Origin: Lutibacter sp.
Lineage (GTDB): Bacteria > Bacteroidota > Bacteroidia > Flavobacteriales > Flavobacteriaceae
Reading direction: 5' to 3'
Length of the DNA stretch: 64,000 nt
Assembly: GCF_041562875.1 (NCBI RefSeq)
Contig: NZ_JBFFOE010000005.1
Span: 454-64,453 of the forward strand
Shown here piece by piece: positions 37,180-46,236 of the stretch. The position numbers and the translations under genes are program-made. The notes beneath the pieces are model-generated. The model was given only the letters and a program-made list of their open reading frames with translations. It did not search any database and was not told where the DNA came from. How positions within the stretch are numbered: position 1 is the first letter of the stretch; each line of letters opens with the position of its first letter.

Positions 37180-38001
37180 ATGAACATACAAGAGCTAATT
37201 ACCCAGATTCAAGAAAAAAAATCATTTTTATGCATTGGGTTAGATGTAGATTTAACCAAAATTCCAACACATTTATTAGCTGAACAAGATCCTATTTTCG
37301 AGTTTAATAAGCAAATAATTGACGCAACGCACCATTTAGCTGTTGCCTATAAACCGAATACTGCTTTTTATGAAGCATATGGTATTAAAGGCTGGCAAGC
37401 TTTAGAAAAAACTATTAATTATTTAAACGTTAATTATCCTGAAATTTTCACAATTGCTGATGCAAAACGTGGAGATATCGGAAATACTTCAACAATGTAT
37501 GCAAAAGCATTTTTTGAAGATTTAAATTTTGATTCCGTTACGGTTGCACCCTATATGGGAAGCGATTCCGTTGAACCATTTTTGGCTTTTAAAAATAAAA
37601 TAACCATTCTTTTAGCTTTAACTTCTAATAAAGGCGGATTGGATTTCCAAGGATTAAAAACTGAAAAACAAGAAATTTATAAAGAAGTTTTAAAAACTGC
37701 TTTGACTTGGAAGAATTCAGAAAACTTAATGTTTGTAATTGGTGCAACAAAAGCTGAATATTTTTCAGAAGTTAGAAAAATAGTTCCAAATCATTTTTTA
37801 TTGGTTCCTGGTGTTGGTGCTCAAGGAGGAAATTTACAAGAAGTGTGTAAATACGGATTGAATAAAGATTGCGGCTTATTAATAAATTCTTCAAGAGGTA
37901 TTATTTATGCTGGAAATGATGAAAATTTTGCAAAAGAAGCACAAAAAGAAGCATTGAAGTTACAACAAGAAATGGAACAAATATTAAATGAAAATAATTA
38001 A
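37180..38001 (+). CDS. pyrF: Orotidine-5'-phosphate decarboxylase
   Basis: [45 protein letters not shown] 37180 is preferred. Confidence 0.96.
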   Translation: MNIQELITQIQEKKSFLCIGLDVDLTKIPTHLLAEQDPIFEFNKQIIDATHHLAVAYKPNTAFYEAYGIKGWQALEKTINYLNVNYPEIFTIADAKRGDIGNTSTMYAKAFFEDLNFDSVTVAPYMGSDSVEPFLAFKNKITILLALTSNKGGLDFQGLKTEKQEIYKEVLKTALTWKNSENLMFVIGATKAEYFSEVRKIVPNHFLLVPGVGAQGGNLQEVCKYGLNKDCGLLINSSRGIIYAGNDENFAKEAQKEALKLQQEMEQILNENN

Positions 38002-38794
38002 AGATCAATTAGGAAGAGAAATTACGCTGAAAAATACGCCAAAAAGGATTGTTTCATTAGTACCATCACAAACTGAATTATTGTGTGATTTTGCTTTAGA
38101 AAACGAATTAGTTGGAATCACTAAATTTTGTATTCATCCTTATCATTTAAAATCTACAAAAACCATTGTTGGAGGCACAAAAAAAGTAGATTTTGAAAAA
38201 ATTAAAGCATTAGAACCCGATTTTATTTTATGCAATAAGGAAGAAAATACATACGATATGCTTCCTGAACTTGAAAAAATAGCACCTACTTATTTTTCAG
38301 ATGTTAACAATTTAAATGATTCCATAGATCTTATTTTACACTTAGGCTCCATCTTTAATAGAAGAACCGAAAGTGATAATTTAGCACACAAAATAGAGTT
38401 CAAACTAGCTGATTTTAAACAATTTATTAAAAACAAACCAACCAGAAAGGTTGCTTATTTTATTTGGGCAAAACCTTGGATGGTTGTTGGAAATGACACC
38501 TATATTAATGAAATGCTCAAATTAAATAAGTTTGAAAACATTTATGACACTATGAGTCGTTATCCAAAAGTTGAAATTAACAAAATCAGACATGAAGGAG
38601 ATCCTGATGTTGTAATACTATCATCAGAACCTTTTCCTTTTAAAGATGAACACGCAATGGAAATAGCTTCTTTCACAAACCGTTCTATTACAGTTTTTGG
38701 CGATGGCGAAATGTTTAGTTGGCCAGGATCTAGAATGCTTTTAGCATTTGATTATTTTAAAGAATTACACAAAAAATTAGAAAGTCATTTTTAA
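37988..38794 (+). CDS. Helical-backbone metal receptor / BtuF-like substrate-binding protein
   Basis: [52 protein letters not shown]. Confidence 0.85.
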   Translation: MKIIKDQLGREITLKNTPKRIVSLVPSQTELLCDFALENELVGITKFCIHPYHLKSTKTIVGGTKKVDFEKIKALEPDFILCNKEENTYDMLPELEKIAPTYFSDVNNLNDSIDLILHLGSIFNRRTESDNLAHKIEFKLADFKQFIKNKPTRKVAYFIWAKPWMVVGNDTYINEMLKLNKFENIYDTMSRYPKVEINKIRHEGDPDVVILSSEPFPFKDEHAMEIASFTNRSITVFGDGEMFSWPGSRMLLAFDYFKELHKKLESHF

Positions 38795-40014
38795 TTTAAA
38801 ACTTCATTCTGCTCAGTTAAAGTCCGCCGTAGCCATAACATTAGAACAACAGCCAACAAACCTAAACCTGTCATTAAATACCAATTAGCCTCAAAACCAA
38901 ACCTATCAATAACTTCCATTCCTGTTTTTGCACTAAAAATATGCGCTGTTGAAAAAGCCATAGAATATAAAGCTAAATAGCGTCCTTCTTTACCAGAAGG
39001 AGCTCTACTCATAGCAAAATTGTTTGTAAACGGAAAAGCCAACATTTCACCAAAAGTTATAAATAACATACTTATTATTAAAATCCCTATCCAACTAGAA
39101 GTATTTAATATTAAAAAACTTAATGCAAATAAAAGCAAGCTCCAAGTTATAATCTTTAGTTTGTTAAATAATTTTTTTTCTATATAATGAATTATAGGCA
39201 TTTCAAACAGAAAAATTATAAATCCGTTTAATGCCATTAGCAATCCAATTTCTACTTCGGTTAATTTATGAACCGCTTTATAATACAGCGGCATTGTTGT
39301 AAATAATTGCAAAAATACAAAGCCCATTAAAAAAACCACTCCTAAAAAGATCCAATATGCTTTATCTTTATAAATGGATTTTACAATGCTTTCTATTGAG
39401 TCTTCTATCTTTTTAGTATGAAATTTCTTTTCCTTCAATACAATTTTCATTAATATAATAGCTGTAATACAAGTAATTCCGTCAACCCAAAAAAGACCTG
39501 AATAACTTATACTTGTAATAATTATTCCACCTAAAAAAGGGCCAAACGAAAAACCTAAGTTTATTGCCAAACGAATTAACGTTAAAGATCTTGTTTGGTT
39601 TTCAGGCTTACTGTAGGCTTTTAAAGAAACAAACATTGCTGGTCTAAAAGTATCTGCAACCGTCATAGTTAAAAATATACCAATTGCAAAGCCATAAAAT
39701 GTAGATACATACTGCAAACCTATAAATAGAAACCCTGTAATTAACAAACTCCAAAACATTACTTGATAAAAACCAATTTTATCAGTCAGCTTTCCTCCTA
39801 GCCATGAACCTAACAATGACCCTACACCAAAACTTGTCATAATCCAACCTACTTGACTTAATGTTAAATTTAAATCTTCGGTTAAATACAATGACAAGAA
39901 AGGCAATACCATGGTACCAGCTCTATTTATAAATGTAATTAAAGCCAACCACCAAACTTCTTTTGATAGACCTCTAAATGAATCTTGGTAACTATTTACC
40001 ACCTTTTTCACCAT
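38791..40014 (-). CDS. MFS transporter (12 TM, probable exporter)
   Basis: FINRAGTMV, motif A GGKLTDKIG, RLAINLGFSFGP, GRYLALYSMAF. Confidence 0.92.
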   Translation of the reverse strand: MVKKVVNSYQDSFRGLSKEVWWLALITFINRAGTMVLPFLSLYLTEDLNLTLSQVGWIMTSFGVGSLLGSWLGGKLTDKIGFYQVMFWSLLITGFLFIGLQYVSTFYGFAIGIFLTMTVADTFRPAMFVSLKAYSKPENQTRSLTLIRLAINLGFSFGPFLGGIIITSISYSGLFWVDGITCITAIILMKIVLKEKKFHTKKIEDSIESIVKSIYKDKAYWIFLGVVFLMGFVFLQLFTTMPLYYKAVHKLTEVEIGLLMALNGFIIFLFEMPIIHYIEKKLFNKLKIITWSLLLFALSFLILNTSSWIGILIISMLFITFGEMLAFPFTNNFAMSRAPSGKEGRYLALYSMAFSTAHIFSAKTGMEVIDRFGFEANWYLMTGLGLLAVVLMLWLRRTLTEQNEVLN

Positions 40015-40025
40015 ACTATAAAATT

Positions 40026-40050
40026 AAAAAACCCGGCTTTTAGCCGGGTT
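40026..40050 (-). terminator. Intrinsic terminator inside the MFS 5' leader (attenuator)
   Basis: The minus strand reads AACCCGGC-taaaa-GCCGGGTTTTTT and ends 12 nt before the MFS ATG. The -7 box TAGATTTG lies at 40180-40187. Confidence 0.75.
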
Positions 40051-40083
40051 AAATATGAATTTAAACTATTTATTATTAAATAA

Positions 40084-40158
40084 TTATAACATATATACAT
40101 CCCGGTAGTTTTTTAAAAACCACTTTATTACGGTATTATATCGTTTACAATTATTCAT
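40084..40158 (-). CDS. Putative 24-aa leader peptide MNNCKRYNTVIKWFLKNYRDVYML
   Basis: ATG..TAA ORF just downstream of the promoter. It overlaps a CCGGG complementary to the terminator 5' arm. Confidence 0.55.
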   Translation of the reverse strand: MNNCKRYNTVIKWFLKNYRDVYML

Positions 40159-40264
40159 AGAATTATCTACTTTATTTGTCAAATCTACAAAATTTATTCA
40201 ATTAACAATGTTTTTTTATCAAACGAATAATATTTAGTATTTTTAACCTTCAAAATATACCCTA

Positions 40265-40882
40265 ATGAAAAATTTGTTTTTTGCTTTTCTAATAGTTACA
40301 ATTTCAATTTCTTGTACAACTAATAAAACTTCTTACGAAGATGAAATTAAATTAGTTCAATATGAATTAAACTTACAATATGCTGATGCTGAAGAATCAC
40401 CTTTAACTGCTGAAGATTTAAAAACTTTTAAAGCTTTAGAGTTTTTTAAAATTGATAAAAATTATAAAGTTGAAGCTACTTTTGAATTAACTCCAAATAC
40501 GCCTGTTTTTGAAATGCCTACTACTACAGAAAGACTTCCTTTATATAGAAAATATGGAATTGCACGTTTTTCTCTTCATGGAAAAGAAATTGAATTAAGC
40601 CTTTATCAAAGTCAAGATTTAATGATGAATGCAGAATATGAAGATTATCTTTTTTTACCATTTAACGATAAAACAAATGGCACAACAAGTTATGGAGGCG
40701 GTAGATTTATAGATTTAAAACTTCCTTCAAAAGATAGCAAAACAATAGTTATAGATTTTAACAAAGCTTACAACCCATATTGTGCTTATAATGGTAGATT
40801 TTCTTGTCCTATTCCACCTTCAGAAAATACAATTCCTATTGAAATTTTAGCAGGTGTAAAAGCTTACGGTAAGCATCATTAA
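40265..40882 (+). CDS. DUF1684 family lipoprotein
   Basis: Lipobox ISISC, FLPFNDKTNG..SYGGGRFID, IDFNKAYNPYCAY..CPIPP. Confidence 0.9.
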   Translation: MKNLFFAFLIVTISISCTTNKTSYEDEIKLVQYELNLQYADAEESPLTAEDLKTFKALEFFKIDKNYKVEATFELTPNTPVFEMPTTTERLPLYRKYGIARFSLHGKEIELSLYQSQDLMMNAEYEDYLFLPFNDKTNGTTSYGGGRFIDLKLPSKDSKTIVIDFNKAYNPYCAYNGRFSCPIPPSENTIPIEILAGVKAYGKHH

Positions 40883-40885
40883 AAA

Positions 40886-40916
40886 AAGTCCATTCAGAAA
40901 TTTTCTGAATGGACTT
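40886..40916. terminator. Terminator between convergent genes
   Basis: AAGTCCATTCAGAA-att-TTCTGAATGGACTT. Confidence 0.85.
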
Positions 40917-40955
40917 AAACTCAAACTTAATTAATCAATACTTATTTTAAGTTTT

Positions 40956-41636
40956 CTATAATGATATTAGAAATACTAAATATGCATCTTCAGTATCTGG
41001 ATTGAATATTGCCGATGCAGAAACACCTAAACTAAATGAATCTGTCATTTTAATATCTTTTGATGCGGAAACACCAAAATTAGTAACTGCAAAATCACCA
41101 TCAAGTGAATAAATTTCATTACCTGCCCCAACAAAAGCGCTTAATTCTGTTTCTCCTACTTTAAAAGGATATCTTATTTCTGTATAAATAGAATTTTGAT
41201 CATCATTGTAAATGTTAACACCAATCATAGCTGTTAAAGGAAATTTTTCAACCCCATCAAAAGTTAAAGTTGTTTCACCAATATGGTTTTTCATTTGAAA
41301 ATAACCGTCTGATACACCATCTACTGGAAATGCATAATCCGTAAATCCTAATGAAACTGGACCGAAAGAATAACTTGCATACAAATCGAATTCTTGCCCA
41401 ACCACTTGTCCGCCAGTTTCATAAGAAGCCCAAGCTCCTAATGTGAAATTTCCTGAGGTAAGCTCAACATAAGGTTGAACAGCAGGCGAATCAGAAAATT
41501 CTAAACCTCTCCATACATACCTACTTGCGAAATCTACTCCAATATCTAATGAAGCTTTCGTTTCTTCTTGTGCATTTATTGTACTTACTAATAAAATTGT
41601 TATCAATACCAATATTGCTTTTTTAATTGTTTTCAT
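40956..41636 (-). CDS. Putative porin (TorF / Gcw_chp-like beta-barrel) downstream of amtB
   Basis: Signal peptide, DFASRYVWRG, PAVQP, LGAWAS, EFDLYASY, amphipathic strands. Confidence 0.75.
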   Translation of the reverse strand: MKTIKKAILVLITILLVSTINAQEETKASLDIGVDFASRYVWRGLEFSDSPAVQPYVELTSGNFTLGAWASYETGGQVVGQEFDLYASYSFGPVSLGFTDYAFPVDGVSDGYFQMKNHIGETTLTFDGVEKFPLTAMIGVNIYNDDQNSIYTEIRYPFKVGETELSAFVGAGNEIYSLDGDFAVTNFGVSASKDIKMTDSFSLGVSASAIFNPDTEDAYLVFLISL

Positions 41637-41741
41637 ACTCTTTGCTTTAATATTTTTATTTTATTTTTTAGGCATTATGTACCCTATTAAGTGATGTTTC
41701 ACTTAATTATATTCTTAATAATAAATTTAAATTATTGCTTA

Positions 41742-42983
41742 TTAATGCTCGTTTAAAGCAAAATCTGGATAAGCATCCATTCCGTGTTCATGAATGTCTA
41801 AGCCTTCTTGTTCTTCCTCTACAGAAACTCTAATACCCACTGTAACTTTTAAAGTTTTAATAATTACATAAGAAGTAGTTAAACAGAAAGCTCCTATTGA
41901 AACAACCCCAATTGCTTGGTAACCTAATTGTGTCCAACCTGCCAATTCGCCAAAAATTCCAACAGCTAAAGTTCCCCAAATACCACAAATTAAATGTACA
42001 GCAATTGCACCAACTGGGTCATCTAACTTTAATTTATCCACTAACGCTACACCCGTAACAATTAATGCACCTGCAATAAATCCAATTAAAATAGAATCTG
42101 TTACGCTCATTATATCAGCACCGGCAGTAATCCCAACTAAACCACCAAGAATTCCATTTAAAAACATAGACAAATCATATTGTTTGTATTTAAATAAAGA
42201 CACTAAAAAAGCAGACAATCCTCCAGAAGCAGCAGCTAAACAAGTGGTAACTAAAACCAATGATGTTTTTGCCGGATCAGCAGAAAGTACAGATCCGCCA
42301 TTAAAACCAAACCAACCTAACCACAAAATAAATACACCCGCTGTGGCAAATGGCATATTATGACCAGGTATTACACCTATTGAACCATCTTTTTTGAATT
42401 TTCCAATTCTTGCTCCCAATAACCAAACTGCAATCAATGCTGCCCATCCACCAACTGAATGCACTAAAGTTGATCCTGCAAAATCATAAAAACCAAGTTC
42501 ATCTAACCAACCTGTTCCCCATTTCCATGAACCTGTAATTGGATAAACTATACCAACATAAATAATTGTAAAAATCATAAATGACCCTAGTTTTATTCTT
42601 TCAGCAACAGCTCCAGAAACTATCGTTGCTGCCGTAGCGGCAAACATTCCTTGAAATAAAAAGTCTGTCCAGTAGGTATAACCTCCATTAGCGTATGCAG
42701 CTGTCAATCCATTTTCAGGAACTGTAAGTCCAAATAAATCAATAAAATAATCAGGTATAATTCCTGCAATAAACGTCCCCGGATACATTAGATTAAATCC
42801 TACCAATGCATATAATACCATTCCAATTGAAATAATAAATACGTTTTTAAATAAAATATTTATTGTATTTTTTTGTCTTGTTAATCCTATTTCTAACAAT
42901 GAGAATCCTAAATGCATTAAAAAAACTAATGCCGTACAAATCATCATCCATACATTGTTTACTGTAAATAATGTGCTTTCCAT
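41742..42983 (-). CDS. amtB: Ammonium transporter
   Basis: FQGMFAATAATIVSGAVAER, DFAGSTLVH, GWFGFNGGS, NGILGGLVGITAG, DDPVGAIAVH. The twin His residues are present. Confidence 0.97.
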   Translation of the reverse strand: MESTLFTVNNVWMMICTALVFLMHLGFSLLEIGLTRQKNTINILFKNVFIISIGMVLYALVGFNLMYPGTFIAGIIPDYFIDLFGLTVPENGLTAAYANGGYTYWTDFLFQGMFAATAATIVSGAVAERIKLGSFMIFTIIYVGIVYPITGSWKWGTGWLDELGFYDFAGSTLVHSVGGWAALIAVWLLGARIGKFKKDGSIGVIPGHNMPFATAGVFILWLGWFGFNGGSVLSADPAKTSLVLVTTCLAAASGGLSAFLVSLFKYKQYDLSMFLNGILGGLVGITAGADIMSVTDSILIGFIAGALIVTGVALVDKLKLDDPVGAIAVHLICGIWGTLAVGIFGELAGWTQLGYQAIGVVSIGAFCLTTSYVIIKTLKVTVGIRVSVEEEQEGLDIHEHGMDAYPDFALNEH

Positions 42984-43010
42984 AATATAATAATTAGTAG
43001 TTGTATCTTT

Positions 43011-43349
43011 TTATTTTAATGAATCAATCCCTTTTTCTCCTGTTCTAATTCTATAAGATTCTGTGATATCAGAAACAAATATTTTTCCATCTCCTACAAT
43101 TCCTGTGTAGGCTGTTTTTATGATAGCATCAACAGTTATATCTAAAAATGGATCAGAAACTATGATTGACAAAAATCTGCGCTGAATGTCTGAAGTACTA
43201 TAGCTAACACCCCTATAAACATGTCCTTGTTTTTCATTTCCAACTCCAGTTACATCCCAGTAACTAAAAAAATTGACTTCAATTTGATGTAAAGCTTCTT
43301 TTACTTCATCAAATTTTGATTTTCGAATAATCGCTTCGATTTTCTTCAT
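43011..43349 (-). CDS. glnK: PII nitrogen regulatory protein (GlnK-like)
   Basis: 112 aa from ATG 43349: MKKIEAIIR..YRG..TGIVGDGKIFVS..RIRTGEKG. It lies directly upstream of amtB. Confidence 0.92.
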   Translation of the reverse strand: MKKIEAIIRKSKFDEVKEALHQIEVNFFSYWDVTGVGNEKQGHVYRGVSYSTSDIQRRFLSIIVSDPFLDITVDAIIKTAYTGIVGDGKIFVSDITESYRIRTGEKGIDSLK

Positions 43350-43379
43350 AATAAAATGATTTTTTAATTGATTTCGGGT

Positions 43380-43387
43380 CAAAAATA
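43380..43387 (-). promoter_or_regulatory. -7 box of the glnK-amtB operon
   Basis: TATTTTTG on the minus strand. A TTTG -33 candidate at 43408-43411 lies inside the first palindrome. Confidence 0.6.
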
Positions 43388-43401
43388 TAATTATATTTTA
43401 T

Positions 43402-43581
43402 TACCCCCAAATTTTTTATGGGTAGTGTGGTTATTTTTATTATTTTATTTACTTATACCCTATTTTTTTATGGGTAATTTAAATATTATTATTATTTATT
43501 AAGAATTATACCCTAATTTTTTATGGGCATATAATTTGAAAATAAGAATATATGATTATACACCCCAAATTTTAGAGGGTA
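43402..43581. repeat. Array of four CCC-N11-GGG palindromes with a 52-53-bp period
   Basis: GGG half-sites start at 43420, 43472, 43525 and 43577. Spacers are aaattttttat, tatttttttat, taattttttat and caaattttaga. Confidence 0.9.
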
Positions 43582-43653
43582 CATTCATAAATAAAATTAT
43601 TATTAATTGAAAAGGATGTAAATATTAACTTATTGAATTGTAGAAATTACTAA

Positions 43654-44025
43654 TTAAAGAAGTTTTGAAATATATAAGCCTAAGAAAACGGCAGAGAAAC
43701 CTAAAATTAAAGACAATAAAGTATAAGGTAAAAAACTAAAATAATCACCATTTTTAATCAATAAATGGTTTTCATAAGCAAACGCTGAAAAAGTAGTAAA
43801 ACCACCACAAAAACCAGTGGCTAATAATAAGGACTGACTTTGAGACATGTTTCCTGTCTTACCCAAATAACCTAAAATTATACCAATTAATAAACTTCCA
43901 AGCACATTAGATAACATAGTTCCGTAAGGAATGGCATTTTCAATATTATTAAACCATTTTCCAAGAAAATACCTTGCAACACTCCCAAAACCACCACCAA
44001 CAAATACTAATAAAGCATGTTTCAT
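43654..44025 (-). CDS. crcB: Fluoride channel CrcB/FluC
   Basis: GGGFGSVARY, PYGT..NVLGS, GFCGGFTTFS. Confidence 0.95.
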   Translation of the reverse strand: MKHALLVFVGGGFGSVARYFLGKWFNNIENAIPYGTMLSNVLGSLLIGIILGYLGKTGNMSQSQSLLLATGFCGGFTTFSAFAYENHLLIKNGDYFSFLPYTLLSLILGFSAVFLGLYISKLL

Positions 44026-44043
44026 TTTTAAAGTTTATAATTT

Positions 44044-45006
44044 TTAAAGTTTAATAGCCTCAGCATCTACCCAACTCCACTTACCAGTTACAGTTCCGTT
44101 TTGAAGTGTCAATATTCCTGGATTTGCTCTGATAATTGTTTTTAACGTAGTTCCATCACAAAACAACAAATCAAAATTAAGTTTAAAATCTTCTTTTATA
44201 CTTTCAAATTCTTCATTCAACGAAGATGTTAGTATATAAACGGCATATCCCTTCTTTAAAGCTTCATCAGTAGTGATTTTAATTTTTGAAAACCCTTGAA
44301 TATCGCTTTTACTTAAATCATAAGCTACAACTAACAATACATGATCAGTTGTAAGTATTTGATTTGTTAAATCCTCTCCCTCAACAGATTCTAAAAAAAA
44401 ATCGTGTATTGCAGGTTCTTTCTCACCAATATATTTCATCCCTTCAGCTATATTTTTACCAATTGCATAAGGTCTAAAATCAATAATAGGCAAATGGATT
44501 AAAACATAATAAGTAATGTATAGAAAAGCAAAAAGTGATAAAAAGGTTACCCATTTTACACTATTTAAACTAAATAATGGTTTTATTAATTTCTGTTTTA
44601 AAACCAATAAAAGAATAAAAAGTACGAGTACAATATTTTTATAAAACGTTCCCCAGCTTGATAGTTTAACCGCATCTCCAAAACACCCACAATCGGTTAC
44701 TTTGTTGTAATATGCTGAATACCACGTTAAAAAAAGAAAAACTATAATAATTATTAATAAACTCCATGACGTTATTTTTGGTAAATAACCAACTAAAAGC
44801 ATCACTCCAAGCATAATTTCAGCTAAAATTAGAAGAATTGAGAATGGCAATGCATAGGGAATTAAAAATTCTAAATTTAACACATCAGCACCAAAATATT
44901 CTTCAAATTTATATGCAGAACCTAAAGGGTCTATTAATTTCACAAATCCCGAAAAAAGAAATGTTATTGCTACAAAAAATCTTGAAATATGTACTAATAG
45001 TTTCAT
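44044..45006 (-). CDS. DoxX/MauE-family membrane protein (BT_3928-like)
   Basis: FSGFVKLIDPLG, VTDCGCFGDA, HLPIIDFRPY, IRANPG. Confidence 0.82.
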   Translation of the reverse strand: MKLLVHISRFFVAITFLFSGFVKLIDPLGSAYKFEEYFGADVLNLEFLIPYALPFSILLILAEIMLGVMLLVGYLPKITSWSLLIIIIVFLFLTWYSAYYNKVTDCGCFGDAVKLSSWGTFYKNIVLVLFILLLVLKQKLIKPLFSLNSVKWVTFLSLFAFLYITYYVLIHLPIIDFRPYAIGKNIAEGMKYIGEKEPAIHDFFLESVEGEDLTNQILTTDHVLLVVAYDLSKSDIQGFSKIKITTDEALKKGYAVYILTSSLNEEFESIKEDFKLNFDLLFCDGTTLKTIIRANPGILTLQNGTVTGKWSWVDAEAIKL

Positions 45007-45007
45007 C

Positions 45008-45550
45008 TTATTCAGTTTCGTTAATATGAATTAGAGCAAAAACCGCATAATTAATCATATCCTGATAATTTGCATCAATCCCTTCAGAGACAATTGTTTT
45101 TCCTTTGTTATCTTCTATTTGTTTTACACGTAATAATTTTTGCAAAATTAAATCGGTTAAAGAACTCACTCGCATATCCCGCCAAGCTTCACCATAATCA
45201 TGATTTTTATCTTCCATTAACCGTTTGGTAATCGCTACATGTTTATCATACAATTCAACAGCTTCATCAGTACTTATATCTGGTTGTTCTACAACCCCTT
45301 TTTCAAGCTGAATTAAAGCCATCACAGAATAATTGATAATCCCAATAAATTCTGAAACTTCACCTTCATCTACTTTTCTAGTATCATTTTGTTGTAACTG
45401 ACGAATACGTTGCGCCTTGATAAAAATTTGATCTGTTAATGAGGGCAATCTTAATATTCGCCAAGCACATCCGTAATCTTTTAACTTGTTAATATATAAT
45501 GAGCGACATTTTTCAATAATGTCGTTATATTGTTTTGAAGTTTGTTGCAT
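45008..45550 (-). CDS. DUF1599 protein
   Basis: Duplicated KxxDYGxAWR unit (KLKDYGCAWR, KNHDYGEAWR). Confidence 0.88.
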   Translation of the reverse strand: MQQTSKQYNDIIEKCRSLYINKLKDYGCAWRILRLPSLTDQIFIKAQRIRQLQQNDTRKVDEGEVSEFIGIINYSVMALIQLEKGVVEQPDISTDEAVELYDKHVAITKRLMEDKNHDYGEAWRDMRVSSLTDLILQKLLRVKQIEDNKGKTIVSEGIDANYQDMINYAVFALIHINETE

Positions 45551-45614
45551 GTAACTTTAATTATTTCCGTAAATTTCCAACAAATTTAAGGAATTAAAAA
45601 ATCAAATTTATAAA

Positions 45615-46196
45615 ATGAAGAAGATTGCTGTTTTTTGTGGCTCAAGCCTAGGTTTTAATGAAATATATAAAAATGACGCTATAAAATTGGGAAACCATTT
45701 TATTGAAAATAACATAGGAATGGTTTATGGTGGTGGAAAAATTGGAATGATGGGCGTTTTAGCAGATACAATGCTTGAAAAAAAAGGAGAAGTAATAGGT
45801 GTAATTCCGGGATTGTTGAGACATGAAGAAGTTGCACATACAGAAATTACTAAAATGATTGTTACCAAAACAATGAGTAAACGTAAAGTAAAAATAAGTA
45901 AATTAGTTGATGGTTACATTGCATTACCTGGAGGTTTTGGGACTTTAGATGAAATTTTTGAAGCCTTAACTTTAGGTCAACTTGGAATTGAACGTAAACC
46001 TGTTGGAATTTTAAATACCAACGGTTTTTTCAATCATTTAATTAAACAATTAGATGTGATGGTTACTGAAGGTTATTTAAAACAATCTAACAAAGAAATG
46101 CTGATAGTTAGTGATTCGGTTGATGAGCTATGCACATTAATGCTAAATTACAAAGCTCCAATAATGACCAAGGTAATTAATAAAGTAGTGAGCTAA
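45615..46196 (+). CDS. LOG family protein (TIGR00730-like)
   Basis: IAVFCGSS, VYGGGKIGMMG, ALPGGFGTLDE. Confidence 0.92.
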   Translation: MKKIAVFCGSSLGFNEIYKNDAIKLGNHFIENNIGMVYGGGKIGMMGVLADTMLEKKGEVIGVIPGLLRHEEVAHTEITKMIVTKTMSKRKVKISKLVDGYIALPGGFGTLDEIFEALTLGQLGIERKPVGILNTNGFFNHLIKQLDVMVTEGYLKQSNKEMLIVSDSVDELCTLMLNYKAPIMTKVINKVVS

Positions 46197-46236
46197 TTAA
46201 TCACTAATATCATATCTTACTGATAAAAAACAACAT

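Noticed and set aside
43402-43581. The four palindromic repeats as a mini CRISPR array (about 23-nt repeat, about 30-nt spacers)
   Set aside because: The repeats differ from each other, the spacers are low-complexity AT DNA, no cas genes or leader are present, and the same motif recurs as a single site at the GS promoters.
43590-45006. Fluoride riboswitch upstream of crcB
   Set aside because: crcB directly follows the DoxX-family gene with a 19-nt gap, leaving no room for the aptamer, and no consensus is visible.
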